NCBI GenBank assembly: GCA_947628435.1
Contig: CANQZW010000004.1
Coordinates: 2,087 to 66,086, forward strand
Direction of reading: 5' to 3'
Origin: an uncultured Bacilli bacterium
Lineage (GTDB): Bacteria > Bacillota_I > Bacilli_A > RF39 > UBA660
DNA: 64,000 nt
Below, piece by piece: positions 39,357 through 49,899 of this stretch. How positions within the stretch are numbered: position 1 is the stretch's first letter; each line of letters begins with the position of its first letter. The position numbers and the translations under genes were made by a program. Under the pieces are notes generated by a model that was not told the origin of the DNA, did no database searches, and saw nothing but the letters and a program-made list of their open reading frames with translations.

Positions 39357-41870
39357 CTATTCGTCCTCTAAAATTGCATCATCATTATAATTTTCATCTG
39401 CTTTTTCAACTATTGATACAGTTGAAACTTTTTGTCCTTCACGAAGATTTATTAATCTTACTCCTTGAGTAACTCTACTCATTTGTGAAACTTTATCTAA
39501 TGAAATTCTTATAACAATACCTTTATTAGTTATTATCATTAAATCTTTATCCGTTGTTACCGTCTTAAATGCAACAATGGTACCGTTTTTATCAGTAATA
39601 TTTAATGTTTTAACTCCTTTGCTTCCTCTATGTGTTAAACGATATTCATCTATTTTTGTTCTTTTTCCATATCCTTTTTCAGTTACAACTAATACATCTT
39701 GATGTTCTTTAGCTATTTCTGCTCCCACACATATACAGTTTTCAGATAATTCCATTCCTTTAACTCCAGATGCGGTTCTTCCTATTATTCTTATCTCATT
39801 TTCATTAAATCTAATCATTCTACCATTATTAGATGCAATAATTATATCATCATTTCCAGTTGTAAAATGAACAGATAAAACTTCATCATTTTCCTTTAAT
39901 GTAATAGCTATTTTACCATTTTTTCTAATATTTTTAAATTCAGATACATTTGTTCGTTTTACTATACCATATTTTGTTGCTATAACTAGATATTTATTAT
40001 CTTCATCTTCATTATCCAATAAAATACTATTTATTTTTTCATCTTTTTCAATTGGTAATAAATTAATTATTGGTAATCCTTTTGATTGCCTTGAAAATTC
40101 TGGAACTTCATATCCTTTTATTCTGTATACTTTTCCTTTATTAGTAAAGAACATTACGTAATTGTGTGTTGTTCCTGATTTTAATATTTCCACAAAATCT
40201 TCGTCATTCGTAGACATTCCTTTAATACCTACTCCACCTTTATTCTGTAATTTATATGTATCAGTTGTCATTCTTTTAATATATCCATTATGAGTAAGTG
40301 CTATAACTATGTCTTCTTCTGGTATTAAAGATTCATCTTCTATATAATCAATAGCAGTCATATCAATAGATGTTCTTCTTTCATCAGAATATTTTTTCTT
40401 TATTTCTAACATTTCTTCTTTTATAATATCTAATACTTTTTGATTTGATTCTAATATTGATTTTAAATTTTCAATTTCTTTTAGTAATTCGTCTAGTTCT
40501 TTTTCTATTTTATCTCTTTCTAGACCAGTTAATCTTCTTAAACGCATTTCAAGAATACTATTACTTTGGATTTCAGAAAGTCCAAATTTATTTATTAATT
40601 TTTCTTTTGCATCTTGATCATCTAAAGCCCCTCTTATTATTTTTACAACCTCATCGATATTATCTAAGGCAATTTTTAATCCTTCTAAGATATGAACTCT
40701 TTTTTCATCTTCATTTAATTCATACTTAGTTCTTCGTATGATAACCTCTTTTTGATGATCAATATATTTTGAAATAATATCCTTTAATCCAAGTGTTTTT
40801 GGAGTTCCATTATCAATCACTAAAAATATTATCCCATAATTAATTTGAAAATTAGTATGTCTATATAAATTGTTTAAAACAACTTGTGGATTTGCATCTT
40901 TTTTTAACGTAATTGTTATTTTAACACCATTTTTTAAATCTGTATGATAATCCGAAATTCCATCAATTATTTTATTATGAACAAGTTCTGCAACTTTGTT
41001 TTTTAATTCTAATGTATTTGTTCCATATGGAACTTCTGTTATTACTATTTGACTATGATTACCATTTTCTTCAATAAAAGCCCTACTTCTTATTGTTATA
41101 CTTCCTCTTCCTGTTTCATAGGCCTTTTTTATACCAGAATTACCTAAAATGATTCCTCCCGTTGGAAAATCAGGACCTTTTATATAATTCATTAAACCAT
41201 TAACATCAATGTCAGGATTATCTATGTAAGCAATACAACCATCAATTACTTCTCCTAAATTATGTGGTGGAATATTTGTGGCCATACCTACTGCAATTCC
41301 CATTGAACCATTAATTAAAACATTAGGTATTCTTGATGGTAATACAACTGGTTCAGGACTGGTTTCATCAAAGTTTGGCATCATATCAACAGTATCTTTT
41401 CTTATGTCTCTTAACATTTCTAAAGATATTTTAGATAATCTTGCTTCTGTATAACGATATGCTGCTGCACCATCCCCTTCTATATTACCAAAGTTACCAT
41501 GACCATCAACCATCATGTATCTTTGGTTAAAATCCTGTGCCAATCTTACCATTGCATCATATATTGATGAATCTCCATGTGGGTGATAATGTCCCATTAC
41601 ATAACCAACTGTTGTTGCACTTTTTTTATGTGGTTTATCTGGTGTGTTTCCTTCTTCATACATTGACCATAATATTCTTCTATGAACAGGTTTTAAACCA
41701 TCTCTTAAATCCGGTATTGCACGTGATGTAATAACACTCATTGAATAATCAAGGAAAGAATCAGAAATTTCTTTTACTATATCATTTTCATCATGTGAAT
41801 CTCTTTCGTGAAAAACTCCACTAAATTTATCTTTTTGTTCTTCTGTTTTATTTTCTTCTTTATTTTCCAT
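39357..41870 (-). CDS. gyrA: DNA gyrase subunit A
   Basis: 837 aa. Contains FLDYSMSVITSRAIPDLRDGLKPVHRR and active-site AAAYRYTEARL. SD GGAGG before the ATG. About 30 aa of acidic/lysine-rich N-terminal extension. Confidence 0.97.
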   Translation of the reverse strand: MENKEENKTEEQKDKFSGVFHERDSHDENDIVKEISDSFLDYSMSVITSRAIPDLRDGLKPVHRRILWSMYEEGNTPDKPHKKSATTVGYVMGHYHPHGDSSIYDAMVRLAQDFNQRYMMVDGHGNFGNIEGDGAAAYRYTEARLSKISLEMLRDIRKDTVDMMPNFDETSPEPVVLPSRIPNVLINGSMGIAVGMATNIPPHNLGEVIDGCIAYIDNPDIDVNGLMNYIKGPDFPTGGIILGNSGIKKAYETGRGSITIRSRAFIEENGNHSQIVITEVPYGTNTLELKNKVAELVHNKIIDGISDYHTDLKNGVKITITLKKDANPQVVLNNLYRHTNFQINYGIIFLVIDNGTPKTLGLKDIISKYIDHQKEVIIRRTKYELNEDEKRVHILEGLKIALDNIDEVVKIIRGALDDQDAKEKLINKFGLSEIQSNSILEMRLRRLTGLERDKIEKELDELLKEIENLKSILESNQKVLDIIKEEMLEIKKKYSDERRTSIDMTAIDYIEDESLIPEEDIVIALTHNGYIKRMTTDTYKLQNKGGVGIKGMSTNDEDFVEILKSGTTHNYVMFFTNKGKVYRIKGYEVPEFSRQSKGLPIINLLPIEKDEKINSILLDNEDEDNKYLVIATKYGIVKRTNVSEFKNIRKNGKIAITLKENDEVLSVHFTTGNDDIIIASNNGRMIRFNENEIRIIGRTASGVKGMELSENCICVGAEIAKEHQDVLVVTEKGYGKRTKIDEYRLTHRGSKGVKTLNITDKNGTIVAFKTVTTDKDLMIITNKGIVIRISLDKVSQMSRVTQGVRLINLREGQKVSTVSIVEKADENYNDDAILEDE

Positions 41871-41882
41871 TCTAAAACCTCC

Positions 41883-43811
41883 TTAAATATCCAAATTTTT
41901 AACATATCTAGCATTAGTTTCAATAAATTCTCTTCTTGGCTCTACTTCTTCACCCATTAATTTATTAAACATTGCGTCTGCTAAAACACAATCTTCTACT
42001 GTTATTTTTCTTAAAGTTCTTTTTTCTATATCCATTGTAGTTTCGTTTAATTCTTCTGCATCCATTTCACCAAGACCTTTCATACGTGTAATTTCTGCTC
42101 TTTGTCTTGTGTTTTCTGGCAAAGATGCTAAATAAGCTTCTTTTGCAACCTCATCAAGTACGTACTTTCTTGTTTTACCATGCGTTATTCTAAATAATGG
42201 TGGTTGTGCAGCATAAACATGTCCTGCTTCTACGATAGGTTTAAAAAATCTATAAAATAAAGTAAGTAACAATACTCTTATGTGTGAACCATCAACATCG
42301 GCATCGGTCATTATTATTATTTTGTCATATCTTAATTTACTTAAATCAAATTCATCACCAATACCCGTTCCAAAAGCCGTTATAATGGTTCTTATTTCTT
42401 CGTTTCCTAATGCTTTATCTAATCTTGCTTTTTCTACATTTAATATTTTACCTCTTAAAGGAAGAATTGCTTGAGTCATAGAATCTCTTCCCTTTTTTGC
42501 ACTTCCTCCTGCTGAATCTCCCTCGACTATAAAGATTTCTGATACTTTTGGATCCTTACTCTTACAATCAGATAATTTTCCAAAAAAGTTTGTTGTTGTC
42601 AAATCGCTTTTACGTGTTATTTCCCTTGCTTTTTTAGCAGCATTTCTAGCACGTGAGGCAAGCATCGCTTTATTAACAATTATTTTTGCTTCATCTGGAT
42701 TTTCAAGTAAAAACTTTTCAAAACCTTCTGAAAATACCTTATCTGCAAGTTTTCTTACCTCAGAATTTCCTAATCTTCCTTTAGTTTGACCTTCAAATTG
42801 AGGATTTGGATGCTTACAAGATATAATCATTGTGATTCCTTCTTTAACATCATCACCAGTTAATGATTCATCTTTTTCCTTTAAAATACCTGATTTTTTT
42901 GCATAACTATTGATAACTCTTGTTAAGGCTCTTTTTACACCTTCTTCATGTGTTCCACCATCGTGCGTATTAATATTGTTAACAAATGAATATATGTTAT
43001 CATTATAACCAGTATTATATTGCAATGCCACTTCAAAAAATACTCCATCTTCCATTCCTTCTAAATGAATAATATCATCATGAATAGGAGTTTTTCCTTG
43101 ATTAATAAATTTTACGTATTCAGAAATACCACCTTCATATATGAAAGTTTCACCCGTTGTATCTTCTTCATCTCTATCGTCTCTTAAAGTTATTCTTAAA
43201 CCCTTATTTAAAAATGCAAGTTCTCTTACTCTTACCTTTAATGTTTCATAATCATATATATCTGTATCAAATATATCAGGATCAGGTTTAAAAGTAACCC
43301 AAGTTCCAGTTCTATTTTCTTCACAATCACCTATTATTTTTAATGGTTCTTTAGTATGTCCACCATTTTCAAATCTAATTTTATATATTTTACTATTTTT
43401 ATAAACAGTTACCTCTACCCATTTAGATAATGCATTAACAACTGATGCACCAACACCATGAAGTCCTCCTGATACTTTGTATCCTCCACCTCCAAATTTA
43501 CCACCAGCATGAAGTACCGTATACACTGTTTCTACTGTTGATATTTTTGTTTTTGGATGAATATCAACTGGAATACCGCGTCCGTCATCTTTTACAGTTA
43601 TAGAATTATCTTTATTAATAATAATTTCAATGTTATTACAATAACCTGCTAAAGATTCATCAATTGCGTTATCAACTATTTCCCAAACTAAATGATGTAA
43701 GCCCTTAACATCCGTTGTACCAATGTACATACCAGGTCTTTTTCTTACTGCTTCTAAGCCTTCTAATACTTGTATATCAGATGCATCATAATGTTCATTT
43801 TTCTCTATCAT
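41883..43811 (-). CDS. gyrB: DNA gyrase subunit B
   Basis: 642 aa. Contains [24 protein letters not shown], the GHKL ATPase domain, and Toprim motifs EGDSAGG and DADVDGSHI. Confidence 0.97.
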   Translation of the reverse strand: MIEKNEHYDASDIQVLEGLEAVRKRPGMYIGTTDVKGLHHLVWEIVDNAIDESLAGYCNNIEIIINKDNSITVKDDGRGIPVDIHPKTKISTVETVYTVLHAGGKFGGGGYKVSGGLHGVGASVVNALSKWVEVTVYKNSKIYKIRFENGGHTKEPLKIIGDCEENRTGTWVTFKPDPDIFDTDIYDYETLKVRVRELAFLNKGLRITLRDDRDEEDTTGETFIYEGGISEYVKFINQGKTPIHDDIIHLEGMEDGVFFEVALQYNTGYNDNIYSFVNNINTHDGGTHEEGVKRALTRVINSYAKKSGILKEKDESLTGDDVKEGITMIISCKHPNPQFEGQTKGRLGNSEVRKLADKVFSEGFEKFLLENPDEAKIIVNKAMLASRARNAAKKAREITRKSDLTTTNFFGKLSDCKSKDPKVSEIFIVEGDSAGGSAKKGRDSMTQAILPLRGKILNVEKARLDKALGNEEIRTIITAFGTGIGDEFDLSKLRYDKIIIMTDADVDGSHIRVLLLTLFYRFFKPIVEAGHVYAAQPPLFRITHGKTRKYVLDEVAKEAYLASLPENTRQRAEITRMKGLGEMDAEELNETTMDIEKRTLRKITVEDCVLADAMFNKLMGEEVEPRREFIETNARYVKNLDI

Positions 43812-43813
43812 AA

Positions 43814-44926
43814 TTATTTCTCCTTTTTGAAATTGCCATTTGTAGCTACAAAAATACTAGATTTTTTCTTTAATTCTTCATTTATATCATTTATATCAGT
43901 AGTAGTAATAAAAATTTGTATATCATTTTTGAAATATTTAATTATATTATTTTTCTTTATATCATCAAGTTCACTAAAAATATCATCTAATAAAATAATA
44001 GGTTTTATTTTCTTTTCTTTTATAAAAACTTCAAGTTCTGCTAACTTTAGACTTAAGATGGATAATCTTTGTTGTCCTTGAGAACAAAATTCAGTAACAT
44101 CTAAATCATTTAAATACATTTTAAAATCATCTTTATGACAACCTAAAAGAGTTGTTTTTTGAAGTAACTCATTCATAAATATTGAATTATATTTATCAAT
44201 TAATAAAGATTTTAAATTATTATCATTTAATTCCTCTTCTTTAATAAAACTTTTATAATTTATTTTAAGAACACCCATTTTTGAGATATTATTAAATACA
44301 CTTTGTAATTCTTTATTAAGTTTATTTATAAAATTATATCTTATTTTTACTAACTCTATATTTTTATCAATAAGCTTATTTGTTATTATACTATAATATG
44401 TCTTATCAAATTTAGCATTGTTTTTTTGTTTTAAATATTCATTTCTTTGTTTTAATATTTGATTATATTCTTTAAGTAAAAAAACATAATCTTTTTTAAA
44501 CTGACATAATTCAATGTTTAAAAATCTTCTTCTTATACTTGGAGAACCTTTTATTATTTCTAAATCATCTGGACAAAACATAATAACATTAAGCTTTGAT
44601 AAATAATTACTTATTTTTTTTTGTAATATGTTGTCAATTGTTACTTTTTTTCCTTTTTGATTTAATAAAATTGATAAAGAATGAGTATTATCATTATCAT
44701 CATTAAATGTTCCTGATACTTTTGTATATAGTTCATTTTTTTTAATTAAATTCAATTCATTATGAGTTCTATGTGATTTTGTTATTGCAAGAAAATATAT
44801 ACTTTCTAGTATATTTGTTTTTCCTTGAGCATTATTTCCTATAATAATATTTATATTATTGTCAAAATCAAAAGAAATTTTAGAAATATTTCTATATTTT
44901 TCTAATTCAAGATTCTTTAAAAACAT
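43814..44926 (-). CDS. recF: DNA replication and repair protein RecF
   Basis: 370 aa. Walker [10 protein letters not shown], signature SQGQQR, and Walker [12 protein letters not shown]. Confidence 0.93.
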   Translation of the reverse strand: MFLKNLELEKYRNISKISFDFDNNINIIIGNNAQGKTNILESIYFLAITKSHRTHNELNLIKKNELYTKVSGTFNDDNDNTHSLSILLNQKGKKVTIDNILQKKISNYLSKLNVIMFCPDDLEIIKGSPSIRRRFLNIELCQFKKDYVFLLKEYNQILKQRNEYLKQKNNAKFDKTYYSIITNKLIDKNIELVKIRYNFINKLNKELQSVFNNISKMGVLKINYKSFIKEEELNDNNLKSLLIDKYNSIFMNELLQKTTLLGCHKDDFKMYLNDLDVTEFCSQGQQRLSILSLKLAELEVFIKEKKIKPIILLDDIFSELDDIKKNNIIKYFKNDIQIFITTTDINDINEELKKKSSIFVATNGNFKKEK

Positions 44927-45047
44927 TATTACCTATTTTAATGCCCATTTTAACCACCTACACATATTTTGGTATACTACTACATACAAATTAATTATAC
45001 CATAAAAAGTGGTTTATTTTCATTTTAATTAAGTAAAATTTATTTTT

Positions 45048-45509
45048 TTAATAAATATTTTGAAATTCTTTTCTTTTTTTTGATAATAAAGTTTCTAATC
45101 TGTTTGCCCTTAATATCTGATTATCTATAATAGAATAAGATAATTTTAATTTAATTGTTTTTCCACAAGTAAATTTTATTATAATTTCTTCTTTTTCTTT
45201 ATAATATTCACTTATTTTATTTAAAGAAATCCAAGAACATTTATCTAACCTTGGTGATGCTGTTGGAAAAAATATTATTCCTTTACTTTCTTCTATAATA
45301 ATAGGAGCTTTATGAGATATACCTAATATTCTTTTTGTTCCTGCTAACCTTCCTTCATATGAACTTCCAAAAAATTTACAACTATTATCAATTATTTTCA
45401 TAGTAGAATTATTTACAATAAACTCATCATTTTCTTCTATTATTTTTGCCTTCTCATTTTCATAAGATAAAATAGCAAGTGTTTGTCTATTTATTTCATA
45501 ATTTTGCAC
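45048..45509 (-). CDS. comK: competence transcription factor ComK family protein
   Basis: 153 aa from the GTG at 45509 (SD GGAGG). IIDNSCKFFGSSYEGRLAGT..ISHKAPIII....IIFFPTASPRLDKCSWIS aligns with the conserved core of Bacillus ComK. Confidence 0.8.
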   Translation of the reverse strand: MQNYEINRQTLAILSYENEKAKIIEENDEFIVNNSTMKIIDNSCKFFGSSYEGRLAGTKRILGISHKAPIIIEESKGIIFFPTASPRLDKCSWISLNKISEYYKEKEEIIIKFTCGKTIKLKLSYSIIDNQILRANRLETLLSKKRKEFQNIY

Positions 45510-45576
45510 AATAAAACCTCCCTTAAAAATATTGCTATATATTATCCTCATTATTTTTAAAAAAATTGTCAAATTT

Positions 45577-45603
45577 TAAAAAAAAGAAGAATTTAATCTT
45601 CTT
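45577..45603 (-). terminator. rho-independent terminator after the HAD-like gene
   Basis: Minus-strand sequence is AAGAAGA-ttaaat-TCTTCTT followed by a T run, immediately after the stop at 45606. The stem is AT-rich. Confidence 0.45.
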
Positions 45604-45605
45604 TT

Positions 45606-46658
45606 TTAAGGTTTAAGTGATTTTACAGGTGCTTTTTTTTTGTCTTCTTTTTTTGAATCAATACTAAGCACTTTATTATAATAATCTCTAAAAGTAGAAT
45701 ACATATCTATTTCATCTAAATTATTTTCAATAAATGTTTTCTTTTGTAAATTATGATTAAGAGCTATCTGACAAAGATCAAACATTATATTTTCTTTAAT
45801 TAAATCATCTAATGAAAGTTTTCCTTCTCTTACGTCTTGATAAAGCTTTTCTTTAGTATTTTTATACCATTGATCATATTCAGAGGTTGTCCTTCTTTTT
45901 CCTAAATATATATATTTTTTCTTAATTTCAAATATTTTGTCATCATCTAATTGACTAAAATTCGGGTAATGTTTTAATATTTCTTTTTCACCTAATATTA
46001 AACTTTCCTTATAAATTTTATCGTGTATTTCGTCTTCTAACGTTGTTTTTAAAAGGCATTCATTAAAATATAAATTATAGTTTAATAAAGAACTTTTTCC
46101 TCCTAACTCCATACAACTAACAAGCATGGGAATATCGGCATAATCGTTTCCAACCGAATACAATTCATATTCTTCTAAGTTAAATTTTTCCTTAATTACT
46201 TTAAAGATGTCTTTTTTTTGATCAAGAAGTCCTATTTTATAACCATCAAATATAATGTGATGAATACCATATTCATTATATTCTTCAGTGATATGTGATT
46301 TTAATTTTTCTTGATCAAAACTTGCTGCACCACCTTTTGTTACCATATATAAAGTAAAATTTTTATTACAATATTTTAATATTTTTTCTATTATTTCTTC
46401 ATAAATAAACGTTAAATTTAGTTCATGGGAAGATAAATCTGATACTATTATAAGTTTGTTTCCATTATTTAAAAATTTTTTTAAATCATTTGCACATTGT
46501 AAGCATAATTTTTTCATTAAATATGCATGGTAATCTTTATCATTGCATATTTCATTAATATCTTTATAAGCATTAATGTCTCCGTATAAATAATTTGCTC
46601 CAATTATACTATCAGGAATTAACGTTCCAAATAAATCACTTACTAAAATTTTTGGCAT
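45606..46658 (-). CDS. HAD-superfamily (Cof-like) protein with a degenerate motif I and an extra C-terminal domain
   Basis: 350 aa from MPKILVSDLFGTLIP (SD GGAGG at 46664-46668). Motif I reads DLFGT rather than DxDxT. Motif IV-like VGNDYADIPML. About 125 aa of C-terminal extension without a recognisable motif. The ORF-track start at 46775 would overlap dnaN and is rejected. Confidence 0.55.
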   Translation of the reverse strand: MPKILVSDLFGTLIPDSIIGANYLYGDINAYKDINEICNDKDYHAYLMKKLCLQCANDLKKFLNNGNKLIIVSDLSSHELNLTFIYEEIIEKILKYCNKNFTLYMVTKGGAASFDQEKLKSHITEEYNEYGIHHIIFDGYKIGLLDQKKDIFKVIKEKFNLEEYELYSVGNDYADIPMLVSCMELGGKSSLLNYNLYFNECLLKTTLEDEIHDKIYKESLILGEKEILKHYPNFSQLDDDKIFEIKKKYIYLGKRRTTSEYDQWYKNTKEKLYQDVREGKLSLDDLIKENIMFDLCQIALNHNLQKKTFIENNLDEIDMYSTFRDYYNKVLSIDSKKEDKKKAPVKSLKP

Positions 46659-46719
46659 ACTTAACCTCCTATAAATGTTTATTATTATAACATTTAAAAA
46701 AAAATTAGCAATAGCTAAT

Positions 46720-47841
46720 TTAATATGTTTTAATTGGTAAAATAAGTTGTAATAAACTATCATCATCCTCATCAAGAATAATTATAGGTTGAATTTCACT
46801 ATTAAATTTTATTACTACTCCTTTACTTTCTACTGTTTTAATAGCATCCATCATAAATTTTGAAGAAAAAGCGATTTTTATATTTTTATTTTTATCTTTT
46901 TCAACTTCTATTTTTTCTTCTACCTTACCTATTTCTGGAGAATTAGAAGATATAATAACCTCATTATCATTACATTCAAATTTTATAATATTTTTATCTT
47001 TTTCACTTGTTAGTAAAGAGGCTCTATCTATAACATTATAAAGTTCTGTTGCATTTGTTTTAACTGAAAGTTCAAAAGAATTAGGAATTAATCTATCTAC
47101 ATCAGGAAATGTACCACTTAGAACTCTTGTCTGAAATAAAGTATTATCAAATTTAAATAAAACCTTATTATTAAAAATATGCATTTGTATTTCTTTTTCA
47201 TTTTCTTCTAATATTTTAGTTAATTCTATTAAATTTTTACCAGGAATAACTATGTTTATGTTTTCTTTAATATTATTATCTATATTTATACTTTTTTTAG
47301 CTAATCTATAAGAATCCGTTGATATGCATTCTAATTTGTTTTCTTTTATTTTAAAATTAATTCCAGTAAGTATTGGTCTTGTTTCTTGTTGAGAAACTGC
47401 AAAAGATGTTTTATATATTAAGTTTTTAAATTCTTCTTTCTTTAATATAATAGGTTCTTTTTTTTCTTCTAAATCTAAATTAGGAAATTCTGATGCTTCC
47501 ATGCAATTTAAATTAAATTCAGAATTACCACATGATATTAAAACTTTGATTCCATCTAATAATTCAAAATTAATTATTCTTCCTTCTAATTTTCTAATTA
47601 TTTCTAATATGTATTTTCCTTGAATAACAGTACTTCCTATTTTTTCTATTTTATCAAGATTTTCTTTATCTATAAAAGTTTCAATACTTATATTATTATC
47701 ACTAGCACTTAAAAACAAACCATTATTAGTTAAATTGAATTTAATACCTCCTAATACTGGAATTAAATTTTTACTAGATATTGCTTTACTTACAGAATTT
47801 AAACTTTGAAGTAGTACTTCTTTTTTTACACTAAATTTCAT
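46720..47841 (-). CDS. dnaN: DNA polymerase III subunit beta (sliding clamp)
   Basis: 373 aa. Immediately downstream of dnaA. Typical MKFSVKKEVLLQSLNSVSKAIS N-terminus and three-domain length. Confidence 0.95.
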   Translation of the reverse strand: MKFSVKKEVLLQSLNSVSKAISSKNLIPVLGGIKFNLTNNGLFLSASDNNISIETFIDKENLDKIEKIGSTVIQGKYILEIIRKLEGRIINFELLDGIKVLISCGNSEFNLNCMEASEFPNLDLEEKKEPIILKKEEFKNLIYKTSFAVSQQETRPILTGINFKIKENKLECISTDSYRLAKKSINIDNNIKENINIVIPGKNLIELTKILEENEKEIQMHIFNNKVLFKFDNTLFQTRVLSGTFPDVDRLIPNSFELSVKTNATELYNVIDRASLLTSEKDKNIIKFECNDNEVIISSNSPEIGKVEEKIEVEKDKNKNIKIAFSSKFMMDAIKTVESKGVVIKFNSEIQPIIILDEDDDSLLQLILPIKTY

Positions 47842-47881
47842 ATTATTTCTCCTTTATATATATAATTATTATTTTTATTAC

Positions 47882-47980
47882 TGTGGAAAATGTGGAAAAA
47901 AAGTAATTTTGTTGATATTAAAAGAAAAAACAAATATTTTTATTCCACAAAAGATGTTTAAACAAAAAGATTTTTCCACA
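47882..47980. promoter_or_regulatory. DnaA-box cluster in the dnaA-dnaN spacer (second half of a bipartite oriC)
   Basis: TGTGGAAAA at 47882-47890 and 47891-47899 (tandem). TTTTCCACA at 47972-47980. Weaker TATTCCACA at 47941-47949. Confidence 0.7.
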
Positions 47981-47982
47981 AT

Positions 47983-49332
47983 TTATATTTTCTTTTTTAA
48001 TTCTTCTATTATAGATTTAAATTGATTATTATTATTTATTTCAGTACTTATTTTATCAACTGAATGCATAATTGTTGAATGATCTCTTCCACCAAATTGT
48101 ATACCTATTTTAGGAAATGATTCATCAGTTAATGTTCTACATAAATATATAGCTACTTGTCTTGGAAAAGCTATACTTGCTTTTCTTTTTTTTGATTTTA
48201 AATCATCTACTGTTATATTATAATAATCCGCTACTACTTGTTGAATTTTTTGAATATTATTTTTAGTAAATGATGATTTTGATAGATAATCTTTTAAAGC
48301 ATCAATAGCAAGAGATAAATTTATTTCATTGGTATTAAACATAGTAGCATAAGCAATTACTCTTGTTAAAGCACCTTCTAATTGTCTTACGTCTGATTCA
48401 CAATTATTAGCTATATAAGAAATTACATCATCATTTATTGTACCTTCCATGTTTTGACCTAAAATTTTTTTTCTAAGTATTTGTACTCTCATTTCATAAT
48501 CAGGTGGATAAATATTAACACTAAGTCCCCAATTAAATCTTGTTCTTAACCTATCTTCTAATTTTTTTAAATCATCTGGAGATCTATCTGATGATATAAT
48601 AATTTGCTTGTTATCATCATATAAATTATTAAATGTATTAAAGAATTCTTGTTGTGTTTGAGTGGCACCACCTAAGAATTGAATATCATCAATTATTAAA
48701 ACATCAACTGCCCTATACTTATTTTTAAAACTATCAATGTAATTAAAGTTAGTACCAGATTCGTCCTTTTTATTTAAATTAAGAAAATCAGATATAAATT
48801 GTTCACTTGTTACATATAAAACTTTTTTATTAGAATTTTCAATAATAAAGTTTCCAATAGCATGCATTAAATGGGTTTTACCAAGTCCACTATTTCCATA
48901 TAAAAATAAGGGATTATATGTTTTTCCAGGATTTTCTGCAACAGATACCGCAGCCATATATGCAAATTTATTACTATCTCCTACAATAAAAGAATCAAAT
49001 GTGTATTTGGAATTTAAATTTGATTTTTCTGGTGTATTTAATGGTACGCCAATGTTTTGAATATCTATATTTGAATTATTTTCAATTTCGTCTTCAAAAA
49101 CAAAATCAAAATCAAAACTTGTGTTAGTAATTTCACTAAATACATCTGATATGGTTTGATACCAGGTTTCTTGTAAACTTTTCTTTTGTAAAGGAGAATC
49201 TACAAGTATCTTTGCAACATTATTATCAAGAGATAAAAGCTTTGTGTTTTTAAACCATGTATCATATGACAAAGAAGATATTCTTGATTTTATTTTTTCT
49301 AGGAAATTATCCCATAGATTATCTATGTTCAT
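47983..49332 (-). CDS. dnaA: chromosomal replication initiator protein DnaA
   Basis: 449 aa. Walker A GNSGLGKTH and Walker B LIIDDIQF. C-terminal DNA-binding HTH (FPKIGIQFGGRDHSTIMHS). Confidence 0.97.
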   Translation of the reverse strand: MNIDNLWDNFLEKIKSRISSLSYDTWFKNTKLLSLDNNVAKILVDSPLQKKSLQETWYQTISDVFSEITNTSFDFDFVFEDEIENNSNIDIQNIGVPLNTPEKSNLNSKYTFDSFIVGDSNKFAYMAAVSVAENPGKTYNPLFLYGNSGLGKTHLMHAIGNFIIENSNKKVLYVTSEQFISDFLNLNKKDESGTNFNYIDSFKNKYRAVDVLIIDDIQFLGGATQTQQEFFNTFNNLYDDNKQIIISSDRSPDDLKKLEDRLRTRFNWGLSVNIYPPDYEMRVQILRKKILGQNMEGTINDDVISYIANNCESDVRQLEGALTRVIAYATMFNTNEINLSLAIDALKDYLSKSSFTKNNIQKIQQVVADYYNITVDDLKSKKRKASIAFPRQVAIYLCRTLTDESFPKIGIQFGGRDHSTIMHSVDKISTEINNNNQFKSIIEELKKKI

Positions 49333-49722
49333 AATAACCTCCTTTCCCCCTAAAAAGAGTATTTCACTTACATTTTATCAAAAAAAAGAATTAAAAACAA
49401 TCAATATTGTAAAATATTGTTATCCACACTACTTTTCCACAACAAAAATTATATAAAATAAAAGATTTTTAAAATATTACACTTTTCCACAACCAAATAA
49501 AAAATAAAAAAAGAACAAAGTTAAAAAAGTTATCCACAGATTGTTAATAAATGTTAAAAAATATAAAAAATAAAGAAAAAATTTAAATAATATGTGGATA
49601 ACTTTGTGTTAAACTAAAAAATTATTTATAAATAATAAAATAGTTGACAATAATTAAAATAACTCATATAATAGTCGTGTTAAAAAAAACGAAATATTAA
49701 ATAAAAGTTGGAGGTGTATAAA
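49333..49722. other. oriC: oriC upstream region: DnaA-box cluster plus an AT-rich unwinding stretch
   Basis: Perfect TTATCCACA at 49420-49428 and 49530-49538. Perfect inverted TGTGGATAA at 49593-49601. One-mismatch TTTTCCACA at 49433-49441 and 49483-49491. The sequence between the boxes is nearly pure A/T. Confidence 0.8.
49644..49672 (+). promoter_or_regulatory. consensus sigma-A promoter of rpmH-rnpA, TTGACA-17 nt-TATAAT
   Basis: TTGACA at 49644-49649 and TATAAT at 49667-49672, with an exact 17-nt spacer. Confidence 0.7.
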
Positions 49723-49851
49723 ATGAAAAGAACTTTTCAACCAAATAATCATAAAAAGAAGAAAAAACATGGTTTTTTTGCTAGAAAATTAGCTGGTACT
49801 GGTATTATTAATTTAAGAAGATCTAAGGGTCGTAAAAAATTATCAGCATAA
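49723..49851 (+). CDS. rpmH: 50S ribosomal protein L34
   Basis: Not in the ORF track (42 aa). Hand translation gives [51 protein letters not shown] lies 8 nt upstream. Confidence 0.95.
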   Translation: MKRTFQPNNHKKKKKHGFFARKLAGTGIINLRRSKGRKKLSA

Positions 49852-49899
49852 TTCCACTTATTTAGGTAAGTGGTTTTTTGTTATTAAAGAGGTGATTGT

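Noticed and set aside
44907-44948. A 13-codon mini-ORF ([13 protein letters not shown]) with a good SD (AGGTGG) overlapping the recF start, considered as a possible coupling leader peptide.
   Set aside because: It is too short to evaluate, with no conservation information, and such ORFs arise easily in AT-rich spacers. Noted only.
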